Positions 1 to 10,024 of a DNA stretch of 64,000 bases are shown here, one piece after another. Location: positions 29,200 to 93,199 of the forward strand of contig PWTE01000261.1 in assembly GCA_003563915.1 (NCBI GenBank), read 5' to 3'. Position numbers and translations under genes: made by a program. The DNA is from Nitriliruptoraceae bacterium. GTDB lineage: Bacteria; Actinomycetota; Nitriliruptoria; Nitriliruptorales; Nitriliruptoraceae. Position 1 is the first letter of the stretch. Each line of letters starts with the position of its first letter. The notes beneath the pieces are model-generated. The model saw nothing but the letters and a program-made list of their open reading frames with translations, did no database searches and was not told where the DNA came from.

Positions 1-1765
1 CACGTTCACCGAGACCTACGTGTTCCGCTCCAAGGTGACGGACACGATCCGCGAACGTCGTGGCGAGACGATCCTCCACGAGATGGCGCACATGTGGTTC
101 GGGGATCTGGTGACGATGCGCTGGTGGGACGATCTGTGGCTCAACGAGTCCTTCGCCACCTTCATGGCCGTGCTGTGCCAGGCCGAGGCCACCCGCTGGG
201 ATCACGCCTTCGTCACGTTCCAGGACATGGACAAGACCTGGGCGAAGCTCCAGGATCAGCTGCCATCCACCCACGCAATCGCCGCCGACCTGCCCGACGT
301 CGAATCGGTCCACCAGAACTTCGACGGCATCACCTACGCCAAGGGCGCGTCGGTCCTGCGGCAACTCGTCGCCTGGGTCGGGCAGGAGGGCTTCCTGGCG
401 GGATGTCGCGTCTACTTCGACCGTCACGCGTGGGGGAACACCGAACTCACCGACTTCCTGGCAGCACTCGAGCAGGCCAGCGGGCGCGACCTGTCCGCAT
501 GGCGCGACGAGTGGCTGAGGACGACCGGTGTCACGACGCTCGCCGCCGACTGGGCTGCGGCGGACGACGGCACCTACGCCCGCGTCACCATCGATCAGGA
601 GGGTGAGATCCCGCGGTGGGCGGGCCTTCCCGGCGTGGCCGGAGAGCCACCAGCGCCCCGAAGGCACCGGCTCGCCATCGGCGTCTACGACCGCACCGAT
701 GCCGGTCTCGTCCGACGACACCGGGTGGAGCTGGACGTGACCGGCGAACGCACCGAGGTGTCGGATCTCGTCGGCGTGCCGGCCGGTGACGTGCTGCTGG
801 TGAACGACGACGACCTGACCTACGCCAAGGTCGCGTTGGATGAGGCCTCGATGGCCGTCCTGACCGACGATCTGCACCGGGTGGTAGCTCCGATGCCGCG
901 GTCGCTGGTCTGGGGAGCGACCTGGGACATGGTCCGCGACGGGCGGCTGCCAGCGCGACGTTTCCTGGAGCTGTTCGAGACCAACGTCGGCGCCGAGGAC
1001 GTCATCGGCGTGCTGCAACGCCTGCTGCTGCGATCCGTCGGTGCGGCGGAACGGTTCGTCACCCCGTCGCGCCGCGGCGATGCGCTGGCACAACTGGCCA
1101 CGCACGCGCGCAAGGAGATCGAGCGCAGCGATCCGGGCACCGACCGTCAGCTCGCCTGGATCCGCCACTGGGCCGCGGTCGCCCGTGACATCGGTGGTGA
1201 GCTCTCCGCGGTCGAGGGCCTGCGGGACGGCTCCGTCACCTTCCCGGGCCTGGTGGTCGACACGGACCTGCGGTGGCACCTGGTGATCTCGCTGGCCCGC
1301 GCCGGCGTGATCGAGGAGACGTCGATCGCCCAGGAGCTCGCGCGGGACGACACCGACCTGGGTCGCCGGCAGGCCGCGACGGCGCGGGCGGCACGACCCG
1401 ACCCGGAGGCGAAGGCGGCGGCCTGGACGACCCTGCTCGAGGACCGTTCGCTGTCACACACCATGTCCCGGCAGATCTGGAGCGGGTTCAACCAGCTCGA
1501 TCAGCCACGCGTCCTCGCCCCCTACGTCGAGGCGTACTTCCGGGTGCTGGACGACGTCTGGTCCACACGATCATTGGACTGGGCGATCGGGTTCTCCACG
1601 GCGATGTTCCCGCATCCCAACGGCTCCCCCGACGTGCTGGCGCGGGTCGACGAGAAGCTGGGGGACGACGAGCTCCCCGGGCCGCTGCGACGGACGCTCC
1701 TGGAGCAGCGTGACGCCCTGGTTCGGATGCTCGACGCGCGCGCCGTCGACGCCGCACTCGGCTGA
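1..1765 (+). CDS. pepN: Aminopeptidase N (M1 family zinc metallopeptidase), 5' end cut by window edge
   Basis: ORF 20..1765 is open to the window start. HEMAHMWFGDLVTMRWWDDLWLNESFA matches the M1 gluzincin HEXXH-x18-E zinc signature. A long helical C-terminal domain follows. Confidence 0.9.
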   Translation, partial: TFTETYVFRSKVTDTIRERRGETILHEMAHMWFGDLVTMRWWDDLWLNESFATFMAVLCQAEATRWDHAFVTFQDMDKTWAKLQDQLPSTHAIAADLPDVESVHQNFDGITYAKGASVLRQLVAWVGQEGFLAGCRVYFDRHAWGNTELTDFLAALEQASGRDLSAWRDEWLRTTGVTTLAADWAAADDGTYARVTIDQEGEIPRWAGLPGVAGEPPAPRRHRLAIGVYDRTDAGLVRRHRVELDVTGERTEVSDLVGVPAGDVLLVNDDDLTYAKVALDEASMAVLTDDLHRVVAPMPRSLVWGATWDMVRDGRLPARRFLELFETNVGAEDVIGVLQRLLLRSVGAAERFVTPSRRGDALAQLATHARKEIERSDPGTDRQLAWIRHWAAVARDIGGELSAVEGLRDGSVTFPGLVVDTDLRWHLVISLARAGVIEETSIAQELARDDTDLGRRQAATARAARPDPEAKAAAWTTLLEDRSLSHTMSRQIWSGFNQLDQPRVLAPYVEAYFRVLDDVWSTRSLDWAIGFSTAMFPHPNGSPDVLARVDEKLGDDELPGPLRRTLLEQRDALVRMLDARAVDAALG

Positions 1766-1769
1766 CCGG

Positions 1770-2528
1770 GTGGAGCCCCTCCAGCTCTGCCTCGACGACG
1801 GGTTCGGAGATGCCGCGCTGGACACCGCGGTCGCCAGGGCGGTGCTCGAACGGGTCGACGCCGGTGAGTTGCCGGCGACGCTGCGCCTGTCCCGTCCGCA
1901 GCCCGTCGTGGCCTTCAGTCGCCAGGACGCCGCGGCACCCGGCTTCCGCCACGCGGTCGAGGGGGCTCGCGACGCCGGGTTCGCCGGGGTGCGACGGCTG
2001 GCAGGGGGGCGTGCCGCCGTCTTCCACCCGGGAACGATCGCCTTCGCCTGGTCGCTACCCGCCCCACGTCCTGCCGACGGCATCTCCGATCGCTTCCGCA
2101 CGATGTCCGACGCGCTGACGGAGGCTTTCCGAGCCTGTGGCGCCGACGCGCGTGTGGGTGAGGTCCCGGGCGAGTACTGCGCTGGGCGGTGGTCGGTGAA
2201 CATCGCCGGTCGACACAAGGTGGCCGGGATCGGTCAACGGTTGTTGCGCCGCGCCGCCCACACCGGCGGTGTGGTGGTGGTCGAGGATGCTCCCGCCATC
2301 GTCCGGGCGCTCACGCCCGTCTACGACGCCCTGGAGGTCCCGTGGGATCCTGCGGCCACCGGTGCGCTGGACCTGACCGCTGCCGTGTCGTGGGAGGAGA
2401 TCCGCACCGCCATCGCCGAGGCCTTCGCCACGCGGTTCGAGATCGCTGGCTGGGAGGTCGATGGGCCTACGATGCAGCGGGCGCAGGCGATCGCCCACGA
2501 ACATCAGGTGGAGGACACGACGTGGTAG
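1770..2528 (+). CDS. Lipoate-protein ligase-like protein (BPL/LPL catalytic domain family)
   Basis: Same frame as ORF 1710..2528. GTG at 1770 lies 5 nt after the pepN stop. The segments PVVAFSRQD...GGRAAVFHPGTIAFAW...HKVAGIGQR resemble LplA/LipB-type catalytic cores with the conserved Lys-x-x-G. Confidence 0.55.
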   Translation: MEPLQLCLDDGFGDAALDTAVARAVLERVDAGELPATLRLSRPQPVVAFSRQDAAAPGFRHAVEGARDAGFAGVRRLAGGRAAVFHPGTIAFAWSLPAPRPADGISDRFRTMSDALTEAFRACGADARVGEVPGEYCAGRWSVNIAGRHKVAGIGQRLLRRAAHTGGVVVVEDAPAIVRALTPVYDALEVPWDPAATGALDLTAAVSWEEIRTAIAEAFATRFEIAGWEVDGPTMQRAQAIAHEHQVEDTTW

Positions 2529-3055
2529 AGACCTACGACGAGATCCTGGAAGCCAACCAGGCGTACGTCACCTCTGGACAGCACCGGTCCCTGGACGTGC
2601 GGCCGGCCCGTCAGCTCGCCGTCATCACCTGCATGGATGCGCGGATCGCGGCGTTCCCCACCCTGGGGTTGGAACTGGGAGACGCCCACGTCATCCGCAC
2701 GGCGGGCGCCCGCGTGACCGACGATGTGCTCCGGTCGCTGGCGCTGTCCACCCACGTGCTCGGGACCCGTCGCGCCCTGGTGGTCGGCCACACGCGCTGC
2801 GGCCTGTACGACCCTGACGGCCAGATCGACGCGACGCTGACCGAGTTGATGGGACGACCCCCGTTCAACCAGAGCTGGGGAACGTTCACCGACCCTCCAG
2901 GCACCGTGCGCAAGGACTGTCAGCGCCTGCTGGTCTGGCCGGACCGACCGGACGGCTTCATCGTCGCGGGGTACCTCCTGGATGTCGACACGGGCGAACT
3001 GCAGCCGATCCTGCCGCCGACGGAGGCGGCGCCACCGGAGCGCCCGCCCGCGTGA
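2522..3055 (+). CDS. Beta-class carbonic anhydrase
   Basis: Downstream part of ORF 2189..3055. GTG at 2522 overlaps the upstream stop. CMDAR and GHTRCG are the beta-CA zinc-ligand motifs (C-x-D-x-R ... H-x-x-C). Confidence 0.85.
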   Translation: MVETYDEILEANQAYVTSGQHRSLDVRPARQLAVITCMDARIAAFPTLGLELGDAHVIRTAGARVTDDVLRSLALSTHVLGTRRALVVGHTRCGLYDPDGQIDATLTELMGRPPFNQSWGTFTDPPGTVRKDCQRLLVWPDRPDGFIVAGYLLDVDTGELQPILPPTEAAPPERPPA

Positions 3056-3897
3056 GCTTCGACGTCGACCCCGCGGCCGGCACGTTGGCAGGAGACGGCG
3101 GTCCCCGCCCGATCCCCGAGGTGAGGGCGACGGCCGGGCTCCTGGTCGAGGTGGCCAGCGACGGTTTCGTCGGCGCCGTCGTGCGCTGCACCGACCGCGA
3201 GGTGGTGCTCCGCGACCGTCGAGGGCGCGAGCGGCGTTTCCGCAACCTGCCCGGCGCGTTCCTGGTCGACGACCGCCGCGTCGTGCTCGTCCCACCGCCA
3301 GGCCCGACCGGGTGCTCCGACGGTGTCGCCCCGCGGCTGACGGCATCCGGGTCGGTGGCGATCGCCACGCCGCCCCGCGTCGCCCGTGCGAGCCGGATCC
3401 TCGTCGAGGGACTCCACGACGCGGAACTCGTCGAGCACATCTGGGGTGACGATCTGCGGGCCGAGGGCGTGGTCGTGGCACCGCTGCACGGCGCCGACGA
3501 CCTCCCCGGCGTGCTCCGCGCTCTCGCGCCCGGGCCGCAACGACGGATCGGGGTGCTGCTCGACCACCTCGTGGACGGCTCCAAGGAGTCGCGGATCGCG
3601 GCCGCGTCGCGCCACCCACATGTGCTGGTCACCGGGCACCGGTTCGTCGATATCTGGGCGGCGGTCCGACCGGAAGCTGTGGGGATCCCAGCCTGGCCCG
3701 ACGTTCCCAGGAGTGAACCGTGGAAGCCGACCGTGGCCCAGCACCTGGGGATCCCGGACGTGGGTGAGGCGTGGCGGCACATCCGGGACAGCGTCACCTC
3801 GTGGCGGGACCTGGACGCGAGCCTGATCCGAGCGGTCGAGGAACTGATCGACTTCGTGACCGCACCGGTCGACGGTCGGGACCACGGCGGCCAGTAG
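3052..3897 (+). CDS. Conserved actinobacterial protein, DUF3097-like
   Basis: 281-aa ORF whose start overlaps the carbonic anhydrase stop as GTGA. The sequence and its position next to purK resemble the DUF3097 family recalled from other Actinobacteria. No catalytic motif was recognised. Confidence 0.55.
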   Translation: MSFDVDPAAGTLAGDGGPRPIPEVRATAGLLVEVASDGFVGAVVRCTDREVVLRDRRGRERRFRNLPGAFLVDDRRVVLVPPPGPTGCSDGVAPRLTASGSVAIATPPRVARASRILVEGLHDAELVEHIWGDDLRAEGVVVAPLHGADDLPGVLRALAPGPQRRIGVLLDHLVDGSKESRIAAASRHPHVLVTGHRFVDIWAAVRPEAVGIPAWPDVPRSEPWKPTVAQHLGIPDVGEAWRHIRDSVTSWRDLDASLIRAVEELIDFVTAPVDGRDHGGQ

Positions 3898-3934
3898 GCT
3901 GCGCCGCCCGCCGCCGTCCGCGGAGACCGACGCC

Positions 3935-5182
3935 GTGTCCGCTCCCTCCCACCCTGCCGGGTCCGCTCCCTCCCACCCTGCAGGATCCGCTCCCTCCCAC
4001 CCTGCCGGGGCCACCGAGACCTCGCGCCAGACCGGTGAGCTGCCGGTGCGTGTGGGGATGGTCGGTGGCGGCCAGCTGGCACGGATGACCCACCGTGCCG
4101 CGATCGATCTGGGCGTCTCGCTGGAGGTGCTGACACCGGGCAGCGACGATCCGGCGGCCGCTGCCGGCGCCCGCTTCCATGCCGGCCAGCCGGACGACCT
4201 CGACGCCCTGGCGGCCTTCGGCGCCACCGTCGACGTGGTGACCCTCGACCACGAGCTGGTCTCCGCCGACGGGCTGCAGCGGATCCTCGACGCGGGCGGC
4301 ACGGTGCATCCGTCACCACGAGCGCTGCGGTTCGCACAGGACAAGCTCCACGCGCGGACGGGCTTCCGGGACGCGGGCTTCCCGGTCCCGCCGTTCAGGG
4401 CGATCGACACCAGCGATGCCGTCGCCAGCTTCGCCGACGTCCACGGTTGGCCGGTCGTGCTGAAGGCGCAGGCGGGGGGCTACGACGGTCGCGGGGTCGA
4501 GGTGGTGGCCGACGTGGACACCGCGACGTCGGTCCTCACGCGTCCCGGTGACTGGATGATCGAGGCACACGTCCCGATCGCGACCGAGGTCGCGGTCGTC
4601 CTCGCCCGGAGCCCCGACGGTGCCACGGTCGTCTACCCCGTCGTCGAGACGGTGCAGCGTGACGGGATCTGTGTCGAGCTCGTCCTGCCCGCACGCATCC
4701 CCGATGCCCTGGCGCACCGGGCCAAGGACCTCGCCACCCGCATCGCGGACACGATCGGTGTGGTCGGCATCCTGGCGGTCGAACTCTTCGTGACCACCGA
4801 CGACCACCTCGTCGTCAACGAGATCGCGACCCGCCCCCACAACTCGGGGCACGCGACGATCGAGGGCAGCGTCACCTCCCAGTTCACGAACCATCTCCGG
4901 GCGGTACTGGGATGGCCGCTGGGTGCCGTGGAGATGCGGGCCCCGGTCGCGGTGACGGTGAACCTGCTGGGCGGTCCGGAGCCCGTCGACCCCCGGAGCC
5001 GCCTGCCACTCGCGCTGCAGGATCCGCACGTCCACGCCCACCTGTACGGAAAGCTGTGGCGTCCGGGTCGCAAGCTCGGCCACGTCACCGTCCTGGGGGA
5101 CGATGTCGATGCCGCCCTGGCATCGGCGCGCCTCGCTGCTGCCCGTCTCACCGAACCCGACCCGCCAGGAGCACGACCATGA
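3935..5182 (+). CDS. purK: N5-carboxyaminoimidazole ribonucleotide synthase (ATP-grasp)
   Basis: [13 protein letters not shown]-terminal motif, ATP-grasp body, and an ATGA overlap with purE. The start is uncertain: GTG 3935 would add (SAPSHPAG)x3, while GTG/ATG at 4046-4058 give a canonical N-terminus. Confidence 0.88.
   Translation: MSAPSHPAGSAPSHPAGSAPSHPAGATETSRQTGELPVRVGMVGGGQLARMTHRAAIDLGVSLEVLTPGSDDPAAAAGARFHAGQPDDLDALAAFGATVDVVTLDHELVSADGLQRILDAGGTVHPSPRALRFAQDKLHARTGFRDAGFPVPPFRAIDTSDAVASFADVHGWPVVLKAQAGGYDGRGVEVVADVDTATSVLTRPGDWMIEAHVPIATEVAVVLARSPDGATVVYPVVETVQRDGICVELVLPARIPDALAHRAKDLATRIADTIGVVGILAVELFVTTDDHLVVNEIATRPHNSGHATIEGSVTSQFTNHLRAVLGWPLGAVEMRAPVAVTVNLLGGPEPVDPRSRLPLALQDPHVHAHLYGKLWRPGRKLGHVTVLGDDVDAALASARLAAARLTEPDPPGARP
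3937..4008 (+). repeat. 24-bp tandem repeat, 3 copies (gtccgctccctcccaccctgccgg)
   Basis: Copies at 3937-3960, 3961-3984 and 3985-4008 differ by 1-2 nt. The array lies between the DUF3097-like stop (3897) and the conserved PurK core. Confidence 0.95.
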
Positions 5183-5733
5183 CGACCGACGCCGATCGCA
5201 CCTCCGGGACCGATGCCCGCGTCGGTGTGGTCATGGGCAGCGACTCCGACCTCGACACGATGCAGGCGGCGCTCGAGGTGCTCGACCGTTTCGAGGTCGC
5301 CTACGAGGCCCACGTGGTGTCCGCTCACCGGGATGCGCAGCGGATGCTCGCCTACGGCGCCGAGGCCGCCGACCGCGGGCTGCAGGTCCTCATCGCCGGC
5401 GCCGGAGGCGCTGCCCACCTCCCGGGGATGCTGGCCTCGGTGACCTCCCTGCCGGTCATCGGGGTCCCGGTTCCGCTGCGTTACCTCGACGGGATGGACT
5501 CCCTGCTCTCGATCGTGCAGATGCCGGCGGGCATCCCGGTCGCGACGGTCGCGATCGGTGGCGCGCACAACGCCGGCCTCCTGGCCGTCCGGATCCTGAG
5601 CACGTCCGATGCACGGCTGCGTGGTGCGCTGGAGGAACACCGTCAGGAGCTGATCGAGGCCTCACACGAGAAGGACGACAAGGTCCAGGGGCGGGTCTCC
5701 GGTCGCTCGAGAGGGTTCGGGTTCGGCGCCTGA
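5179..5733 (+). CDS. purE: N5-carboxyaminoimidazole ribonucleotide mutase
   Basis: Starts at M90 of ORF 4912..5733. [10 protein letters not shown]...[10 protein letters not shown]...PVIGVP are classic PurE motifs. Confidence 0.92.
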   Translation: MTTDADRTSGTDARVGVVMGSDSDLDTMQAALEVLDRFEVAYEAHVVSAHRDAQRMLAYGAEAADRGLQVLIAGAGGAAHLPGMLASVTSLPVIGVPVPLRYLDGMDSLLSIVQMPAGIPVATVAIGGAHNAGLLAVRILSTSDARLRGALEEHRQELIEASHEKDDKVQGRVSGRSRGFGFGA

Positions 5734-5750
5734 CCGACCCGCACCGGGGG

Positions 5751-6527
5751 TCATCCGTCGAACGTGGCGATGATCCCGTCGCCGGTGACGCTCAACCGCC
5801 ATCCGGCCCCCGGGTCCGCCTCGGCGAGCAGATCCGTGGGACCGGCGGTCGGATGCGCGAGCAGGAACGCGGCCAGGCGCCCCTTGCAGACCTTCGTGCG
5901 TGCGGCGTTCGCGGCGCGGCCATCCGGCCGTCGGAAGGCGGTCTCGACCACCTCGGCTCGGGCGCGTACGCGTCGGTCCCAGATCCGTGCGTGCTCCCCC
6001 GGGAGGAGGTCCCACACCAGCCGGTCCGCCGTCAGCTCGCGCAGGTGGTCCGCCAACCGATCCCGCCACCACGTCGCGAGCCCGCCGAGCGGCGGCAGGC
6101 TGCCGGCGAACTCCACGCGGTAGGCCGGGAGCGGTTCGTCGAGCGCGACCAGACCAGCCAGGCCCGACACGATCCGGACGTCGACCTGCAGGTCCGCGGG
6201 ATCCACGTCGGCGAGCCCGGCGTTGCCGTGCACGACCCCGGTGTACCGACGGTGGGCGGGCAGGGTCGGTGCCCTCTCGAGTTCCGCGAGCTCCGCCCGC
6301 GCCGACGGGACATCCTTGCTGCGCACGCCGGCGAGCCGGGCCACCTCACGGTCGCCAAGGTCGGGCAACGCGGCGAGCAGGGCATCGAGCACCTCGCGCC
6401 GGGGTCCGTTCAGCGCTGCCTCGCCGTCGAGGTGGTGCGGGTACGGCGGACCCTCGCCACCATCGGCCTTCCCCTTCGACGGCGGCAGCAGCAGCAGGGG
6501 CGGACGGTCGGTGCAACGCCCCATCAC
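5751..6527 (-). CDS. yaaA: Peroxide stress protein YaaA (UPF0246/DUF328)
   Basis: N-terminal LLLLPPSKGK motif and a length of about 258 aa. The start overlaps the upstream GH65 fusion stop by 4 nt. Confidence 0.78.
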   Translation of the reverse strand: MMGRCTDRPPLLLLPPSKGKADGGEGPPYPHHLDGEAALNGPRREVLDALLAALPDLGDREVARLAGVRSKDVPSARAELAELERAPTLPAHRRYTGVVHGNAGLADVDPADLQVDVRIVSGLAGLVALDEPLPAYRVEFAGSLPPLGGLATWWRDRLADHLRELTADRLVWDLLPGEHARIWDRRVRARAEVVETAFRRPDGRAANAARTKVCKGRLAAFLLAHPTAGPTDLLAEADPGAGWRLSVTGDGIIATFDG

Positions 6528-9500
6528 GCCTGGAGCTCACCGCGCACGTCGACCTCGACCGTGCGCCGCTCTCCCGGCGCCAGGGTGACCGGCCGCTCCC
6601 CGTGCACACGGACCACCACGTCCCGTGGGTTGTCCTCCGGCGTGGCGAGTTCCACCGCCGACGGGGTGGCGCGGACCGACAGCCACGCACCTCGCATCGT
6701 CACACCGAACGAGAGCGCCTCCCAGCCGACGGGAAGGCGAGGGGCCACCTCGACGTGGTCGTCGCGGACGTGGACCCCGCCGAAGCCCAGCACGGCGACC
6801 TGCCAGGCTGCCCCACACGCGGCGGTGTGGATACCACCGATGAAGGTCCCCCCGGGCATGGGGTGGTGATCTGCCAGGAGATCGACCGTGGCCCCCTTCA
6901 GGAACAGCTCGTAGGCGTGGCGGACCCGGCCCAGCCGAGCCGACACCAGACCGTACATCGGCCGGGACAGCGACGAGCCGTGCTGGGTGCGCGGGAGGTA
7001 GTAGTCGAGGTTGGCTTCCATCACCGCCCGGGAGAACCGCTCCGGCTGGTTGACGAACAGCTGCACGACGTCGGGCTGCTTGATGACCTGGGTGTGGTGG
7101 GCGACCCCGTTGGGCCAGCCCCAGTACTCATCCGGATGCAGCAGGCGCGTCTCCAGCTCGGCGGGAGTGGTGTCCTCGTGGTCGAAGTACCCGTCGAACT
7201 GCTCGAGCAGCAGCGTCTCGGGGTCGGGCTCGATCACGATCAGCCGGTCGTAGATGTCCTGCCAGAGCCGGCGTTCATCGTCCCGTAGTCCGATGCGTTC
7301 CGTCAGCTCCGCCAGTCTCTCGGGGTCCTGGTCCTCGAGCCGGGCGTGCAGGGTGAGCGCCTCGTCCAACGCCACCCGGGCCTGCTCGACGGTGAACAGG
7401 TTGTCGTCCACGTTCTCGTGGTACTCGTCCGGCCCCTGCAGTCGGATCAGGTGGTAGGCCCCGTCCGCCGGACGGTAGTGGACGAAGGAGGCGAGGAACC
7501 GCGCCACCTCGAAGACGATCTCCGTGCCGTAGTCGGTGACGAAGGCATGGTCCCCGGTCACCCGCGCGTAGCCATCGATCACGCAGGCGATGTCGGGCGA
7601 GATGTGGATCTGCCAGTCGTTGAAGTGGTTGCGGATCGGCCGGTCGGTCAGCACGTCCGTGAAGAAGAAATCGGGGCACAGCTCGTCGCCGGTGTCCCCG
7701 CTGATCCAGGCGTAGAACGCCCCCTCGTAGCCCAGCCGATCGGCCTTGCGCCGCGCTCCGTCGAGGGTCCCGTGTCGGTAGATCATGATGCCACGGGCGA
7801 CCTCGGGCACCGTATGGACCCACATGGGCAGGTTGAACACCTCCTGGTCCCAGAAGGCCGCTCCCTGGTAGGCCTGACAGGACAGCCCGCGCGCGCCGAT
7901 CGGGAGGTGGTCGGAGTGCATCGGGGTGGCGATCACGTTGTGGTAGAGGTTGTAACGCAGGACGGTCTGGGCGATCGGGTCGCCTTCGATGCCGACGTCG
8001 ACCTTCGCCCACAGGTCCTCCCAGGCCAGCGCATGCCGTGCCAGCAGCGGCTCGTAGCCCGTCGCGATGGCGTCGCGAGCCAGGTCGAGGGAGGACTGCA
8101 GGGGGTACGCCACATCGTTGCCGGAGAAGACGGTCATGACCTGATCGACGGTGATGACCCCCTCCTCGCCGACCTCGACGTCCATGACCCGCATCAGTCG
8201 GCGATCACCCTCCACGACCTTCTCGACGTGCACGGTGCCGCCGTCCAGCGTGACCGCATGGGCGACCGCGATCGGCAGGCCCCGTTCGGTGGTGTTCATC
8301 CGCATCGCCAGGACGTCGTCCTGCACGTTCGGCTCGACGAACGCGAAGTGGTCGCCGTTGAGGCTCCACACCTGCCCGTCGATGCCGGTCGTGAAGGTCA
8401 AGCGGGCCCCCGGCGTCGCGAACAGCCGTTGACGTTGCGCCAGCAGGTGGATCTGGTCCATCGAGGCGAACCGCTCATCGACCAGCCTGTGGCAGGGGCC
8501 CGTCGCCGGTGCGTAGATGCGGTACTGGCGGCCGTAGCGGATGTCCAAGCGCCGTTCGAGCAGGTCACGGTCCGACGTCACCTCGTGCGCGTCGACCGCC
8601 AAGGGTGTACTCAGGTGCTCCCACCGCGCGAACAGCGCGTTCGGGACGTTGCACAGCTCCGACCACTTGCCGTCGGCGTTGTCCCAGGTGTCCGAGACGG
8701 TGCAGCCGACGGTCGCCTCGGCGTCCCACTCCGGCAGGGTGCCGCGGTAGCCGAGGTAGCCGTTGCCGGTCAGGTGGCTGGTCGCGACGTTGATGATCTG
8801 CTCGGGGTCGTGGTGATCGTCGACGACGACCCACCCGTCCACCAACATCGGGCCCTGCTCCAGTCGCTGCTCGCCGCACGCGACCACCGACAGCAGGTCG
8901 ATGTCCGCGGGGGTGTCGAAGCGGTGATGCGCGTGCCCGACACGCTCGTGCGGCCCGACCCCGACGGCGATCATCCCAGCCGCGAGTGCCGCGTCCACCC
9001 CGGACTCCGCGTCCTCCACGACGATGCAGTTCTCGGCAGGGAGACCGAGGAACTCGGCCGCCTTCAGGAACAGGTCCGGTTCCGGCTTGGCGTTCTCGAC
9101 GCTGTTGCCATCGGCCACGGCATCGAACAGCCCGGCGATCTCGAGCTTGTCGAGGACGAACGGCGCGTTCTTCGAGGACGAGCCGATCGCGACCTTCATC
9201 CCCCGTCGTTTCGCATCGATCACGAGCGACACCGCCCCGGGCAACGCATACTGCGGCGACATCTCCTCCAGGTACCGCAGGTACAGCTCGTTCTTGCGGG
9301 CCATCATGTCCTGCAGGTCGTCCTCGGAGCCCTCCCGATCACCCAGGATGAGCAGGAGGGAATCCCGCCGCGAGACCCCGCGCAGCTGCTCGTTCGCCTC
9401 GCGATCGAACGGCAGGCCCTCGTCGTCGGCGAGGGCCTGCCAGGCCAGGTAGTGGAACTCAGCGGTGTCGGTCAGGACCCCGTCGAGGTCGAAGATGACG

Positions 9501-9532
9501 CCCCAGGTGCGCTCGCTCGCCACGTCGTCCAC
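6524..9532 (-). CDS. Fused beta-phosphoglucomutase (HAD) / glycoside hydrolase family 65 disaccharide phosphorylase
   Basis: 1002 aa. The N-terminal roughly 210 aa carry FDLDGVLTDT and other HAD beta-PGM motifs. The remainder carries the GH65 core, including PIGARGLSCQAYQGAAFWDQEVF (catalytic-acid region). Confidence 0.85.
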   Translation of the reverse strand: MDDVASERTWGVIFDLDGVLTDTAEFHYLAWQALADDEGLPFDREANEQLRGVSRRDSLLLILGDREGSEDDLQDMMARKNELYLRYLEEMSPQYALPGAVSLVIDAKRRGMKVAIGSSSKNAPFVLDKLEIAGLFDAVADGNSVENAKPEPDLFLKAAEFLGLPAENCIVVEDAESGVDAALAAGMIAVGVGPHERVGHAHHRFDTPADIDLLSVVACGEQRLEQGPMLVDGWVVVDDHHDPEQIINVATSHLTGNGYLGYRGTLPEWDAEATVGCTVSDTWDNADGKWSELCNVPNALFARWEHLSTPLAVDAHEVTSDRDLLERRLDIRYGRQYRIYAPATGPCHRLVDERFASMDQIHLLAQRQRLFATPGARLTFTTGIDGQVWSLNGDHFAFVEPNVQDDVLAMRMNTTERGLPIAVAHAVTLDGGTVHVEKVVEGDRRLMRVMDVEVGEEGVITVDQVMTVFSGNDVAYPLQSSLDLARDAIATGYEPLLARHALAWEDLWAKVDVGIEGDPIAQTVLRYNLYHNVIATPMHSDHLPIGARGLSCQAYQGAAFWDQEVFNLPMWVHTVPEVARGIMIYRHGTLDGARRKADRLGYEGAFYAWISGDTGDELCPDFFFTDVLTDRPIRNHFNDWQIHISPDIACVIDGYARVTGDHAFVTDYGTEIVFEVARFLASFVHYRPADGAYHLIRLQGPDEYHENVDDNLFTVEQARVALDEALTLHARLEDQDPERLAELTERIGLRDDERRLWQDIYDRLIVIEPDPETLLLEQFDGYFDHEDTTPAELETRLLHPDEYWGWPNGVAHHTQVIKQPDVVQLFVNQPERFSRAVMEANLDYYLPRTQHGSSLSRPMYGLVSARLGRVRHAYELFLKGATVDLLADHHPMPGGTFIGGIHTAACGAAWQVAVLGFGGVHVRDDHVEVAPRLPVGWEALSFGVTMRGAWLSVRATPSAVELATPEDNPRDVVVRVHGERPVTLAPGERRTVEVDVRGELQA

Positions 9533-9650
9533 CTCACATCGTCGTGCCGGACGAGCGCGACCCTACAGCGACTGGACGACCACCGCGCAGCGGATGTAAC
9601 CGCTTCCAGTCCGGATGTGGAGGTGGCGACGCCGCTGCCTCAGGGGCGGG

Positions 9651-9911
9651 TCAGCCCTGGAAGCCGCGGGCCATGATCTCCGCGGCGATCTCCGAGCAGG
9701 TCGGACACATGGGATACCTCGACGGATCAGCGTCGGGCTTCCACCGCTTCCCACACAGGGCCGTGACGGGCTTGCCCGTCCTCCGAGAACGTTCCAGGTC
9801 CTTACGCGAGACGTAGTGCGCGAACCGATCGTGGTCGCCATCACCCGTGCTGGCATCGTGCCGGATCTCCGGCTCGACGACGGGTGCGGTCTGCGGTGTG
9901 GTGCCTGCCAT
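9651..9911 (-). CDS. DUF3039-like small conserved actinobacterial protein
   Basis: Starts at M55 of ORF 9651..10073 (ATG 9911). GDGDHDRFAHYV...ALCGK.W.P...P.CP.C is the pattern remembered for DUF3039. Confidence 0.65.
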   Translation of the reverse strand: MAGTTPQTAPVVEPEIRHDASTGDGDHDRFAHYVSRKDLERSRRTGKPVTALCGKRWKPDADPSRYPMCPTCSEIAAEIMARGFQG

Positions 9912-10024
9912 GGCGCTAAACGTAGCGTCTCGGACCCCACTCCGCCGGTACCTCGCCGACGGTTGTGGGTGCTTCGCCGACCTCGCCGCTGGTCGTAGCC
10001 TGTCGACGGACGAGGAGGATCCCG

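Noticed and set aside
2920-4410. 496-aa ORF on the minus strand (and the overlapping 459-aa ORF 2958..4337) spanning the DUF3097-like and purK genes
   Set aside because: It is antisense to genes with clear family motifs. The product is Arg/Pro/Gly/Ser-rich low-complexity sequence, typical of spurious long ORFs in 70% GC DNA. No motif was recognised.
7346-9676. 776-aa plus-strand ORF
   Set aside because: It is entirely antisense to the well-supported beta-PGM/GH65 fusion gene. Its composition is dominated by Arg, Val, Asp, Gly and His from reverse-complement codons, and it has no SD or recognisable domain.
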